Assembly (NCBI RefSeq): GCF_009914755.1
Contig: NC_060947.1
Length of the DNA: 64,000 nucleotides
DNA from: the human T2T-CHM13v2.0 reference genome, Homo sapiens
Direction: 5' to 3' (one strand)
Position numbers and translations under genes: made by a program. Below, piece by piece: positions 63,120-64,000 of the stretch. Position 1 is the first letter of the stretch; each line of letters opens with the position of its first letter. The notes under the pieces were generated by a model. The model was not told where the DNA came from, did not search any database, and was given only the letters and a program-made list of their open reading frames with translations.

Positions 63120-63642
63120 GATTTTGCTACCAGGAGTGGTTCTAGAAGAACAGAATATTAAAGATGGAGTTCATTTGCTGGTTTTGGGGTTCCTGCAGTG
63201 GGCTGCTTAATATTATTAGATCCCAAAATGCTAAGGACTCCACTTCTAATTGTATAGAGATCACTGACAGTCCTTGGCATGAACTGCTTAGAGAGTTATG
63301 CAAAATAAATGCATTTGACACTCCTGATTCACTGCTAGTGAGAGGCAATGTGTTTAGTGACTCTACACGTAATACCTTTGACTATATGTGGAGAACCAAG
63401 GAACATAGTGAATCTGGTTGGTTGCTCCTAAGTTCACTGGACAAACGGATGAAAGATTGAGATCTTTCTCTGAGTTTGACTCAGAGATTCAAACTCCCAG
63501 TTTCAGAAACAGATGCTGAGCTTCAGATATTCAAGATTGCCCTGAATCAGAGTCCTATCTCCTGTAGAGAAAGAGCTGAAATTCTGGAAATTTAGACACA
63601 AGTTCTTATCAAGTGAATGGCTGACCTGCAACAAAAGGTTGC
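63120..63642 (+). mobile_element. HERV-L internal 5' fragment (PBS and gag start), truncated
   Basis: PBS-like TGCTACCAGGAGTGGTTC at 63125-63142. Peptide TDSPWHELLRELCKINAFDTPDS. Ends at a (TA)n run. Confidence 0.85.
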
Positions 63643-64000
63643 ATATATATATATGGCTAGCATAGTACACCATGTACAAATTACACATTGTACAAATTAT
63701 ATACTGTACATTTTTAAATAGCTGAAAGTAACTTTCAAATGTTCTTTTGAAAACAAAATAAAGTTATTTCAGAATTTGTTACTGCTTTCACAATGGCTAA
63801 ACTAACTCACCTTCCAACTACACTACAGAGCAGTGAGACAGTCACAAGTTGTAACCCATAGTTTTTTTCTCTTTGACCTACAAGCTCAGAGTGGTAAATT
63901 GGCAAATTACATTAGAGAAAAGTGGCTGGAAAGGGAGGCAATACCTTAATGACTTTTTTCTTCTCTGTGATGTTGGCCACTCAATTCCTGAATGCCTCAG

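Overview
This is primate genomic DNA, probably from an ape given two AluYe-like elements and an LTR7-type HERV-H. It is made almost entirely of interspersed repeats (roughly 85-90% by eye). I see no host protein-coding exon, RNA gene, CpG island or CRISPR-like array. The supplied ORFs I could trace are decayed LINE-1, Alu or ERV reading frames, their antisense frames, or microsatellite artefacts. Main contents: (1) a deeply nested stack of LINE-1s of many ages (L1M, L1MA, L1MB, L1PB, L1PA), including a full-length L1PB at 24.2-31.5 kb (+), a near full-length L1MA at 42.4-49.7 kb (-) and a 5'-inverted L1PA; (2) nine Alus; (3) MaLR and ERVL LTRs and two ERVL internal fragments; (4) MER41, Tigger3, MIR, L2 and L3 remnants; (5) a complete two-LTR 5.8-kb HERV-H provirus at 55086-60862 (-) with a perfect tRNA-His primer binding site (PBS) and a 5-bp target-site duplication (TSD). 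Subfamily names come from my recall of consensus sequences and need RepeatMasker/Dfam confirmation. I cannot support a genuinely new biological system here. The best leads are the likely pluripotency-active HERV-H with asymmetric LTRs, the TSD-less captured segment it sits in, a minisatellite whose unit is the reverse complement of its own flank, and several atypical retrotransposition products.
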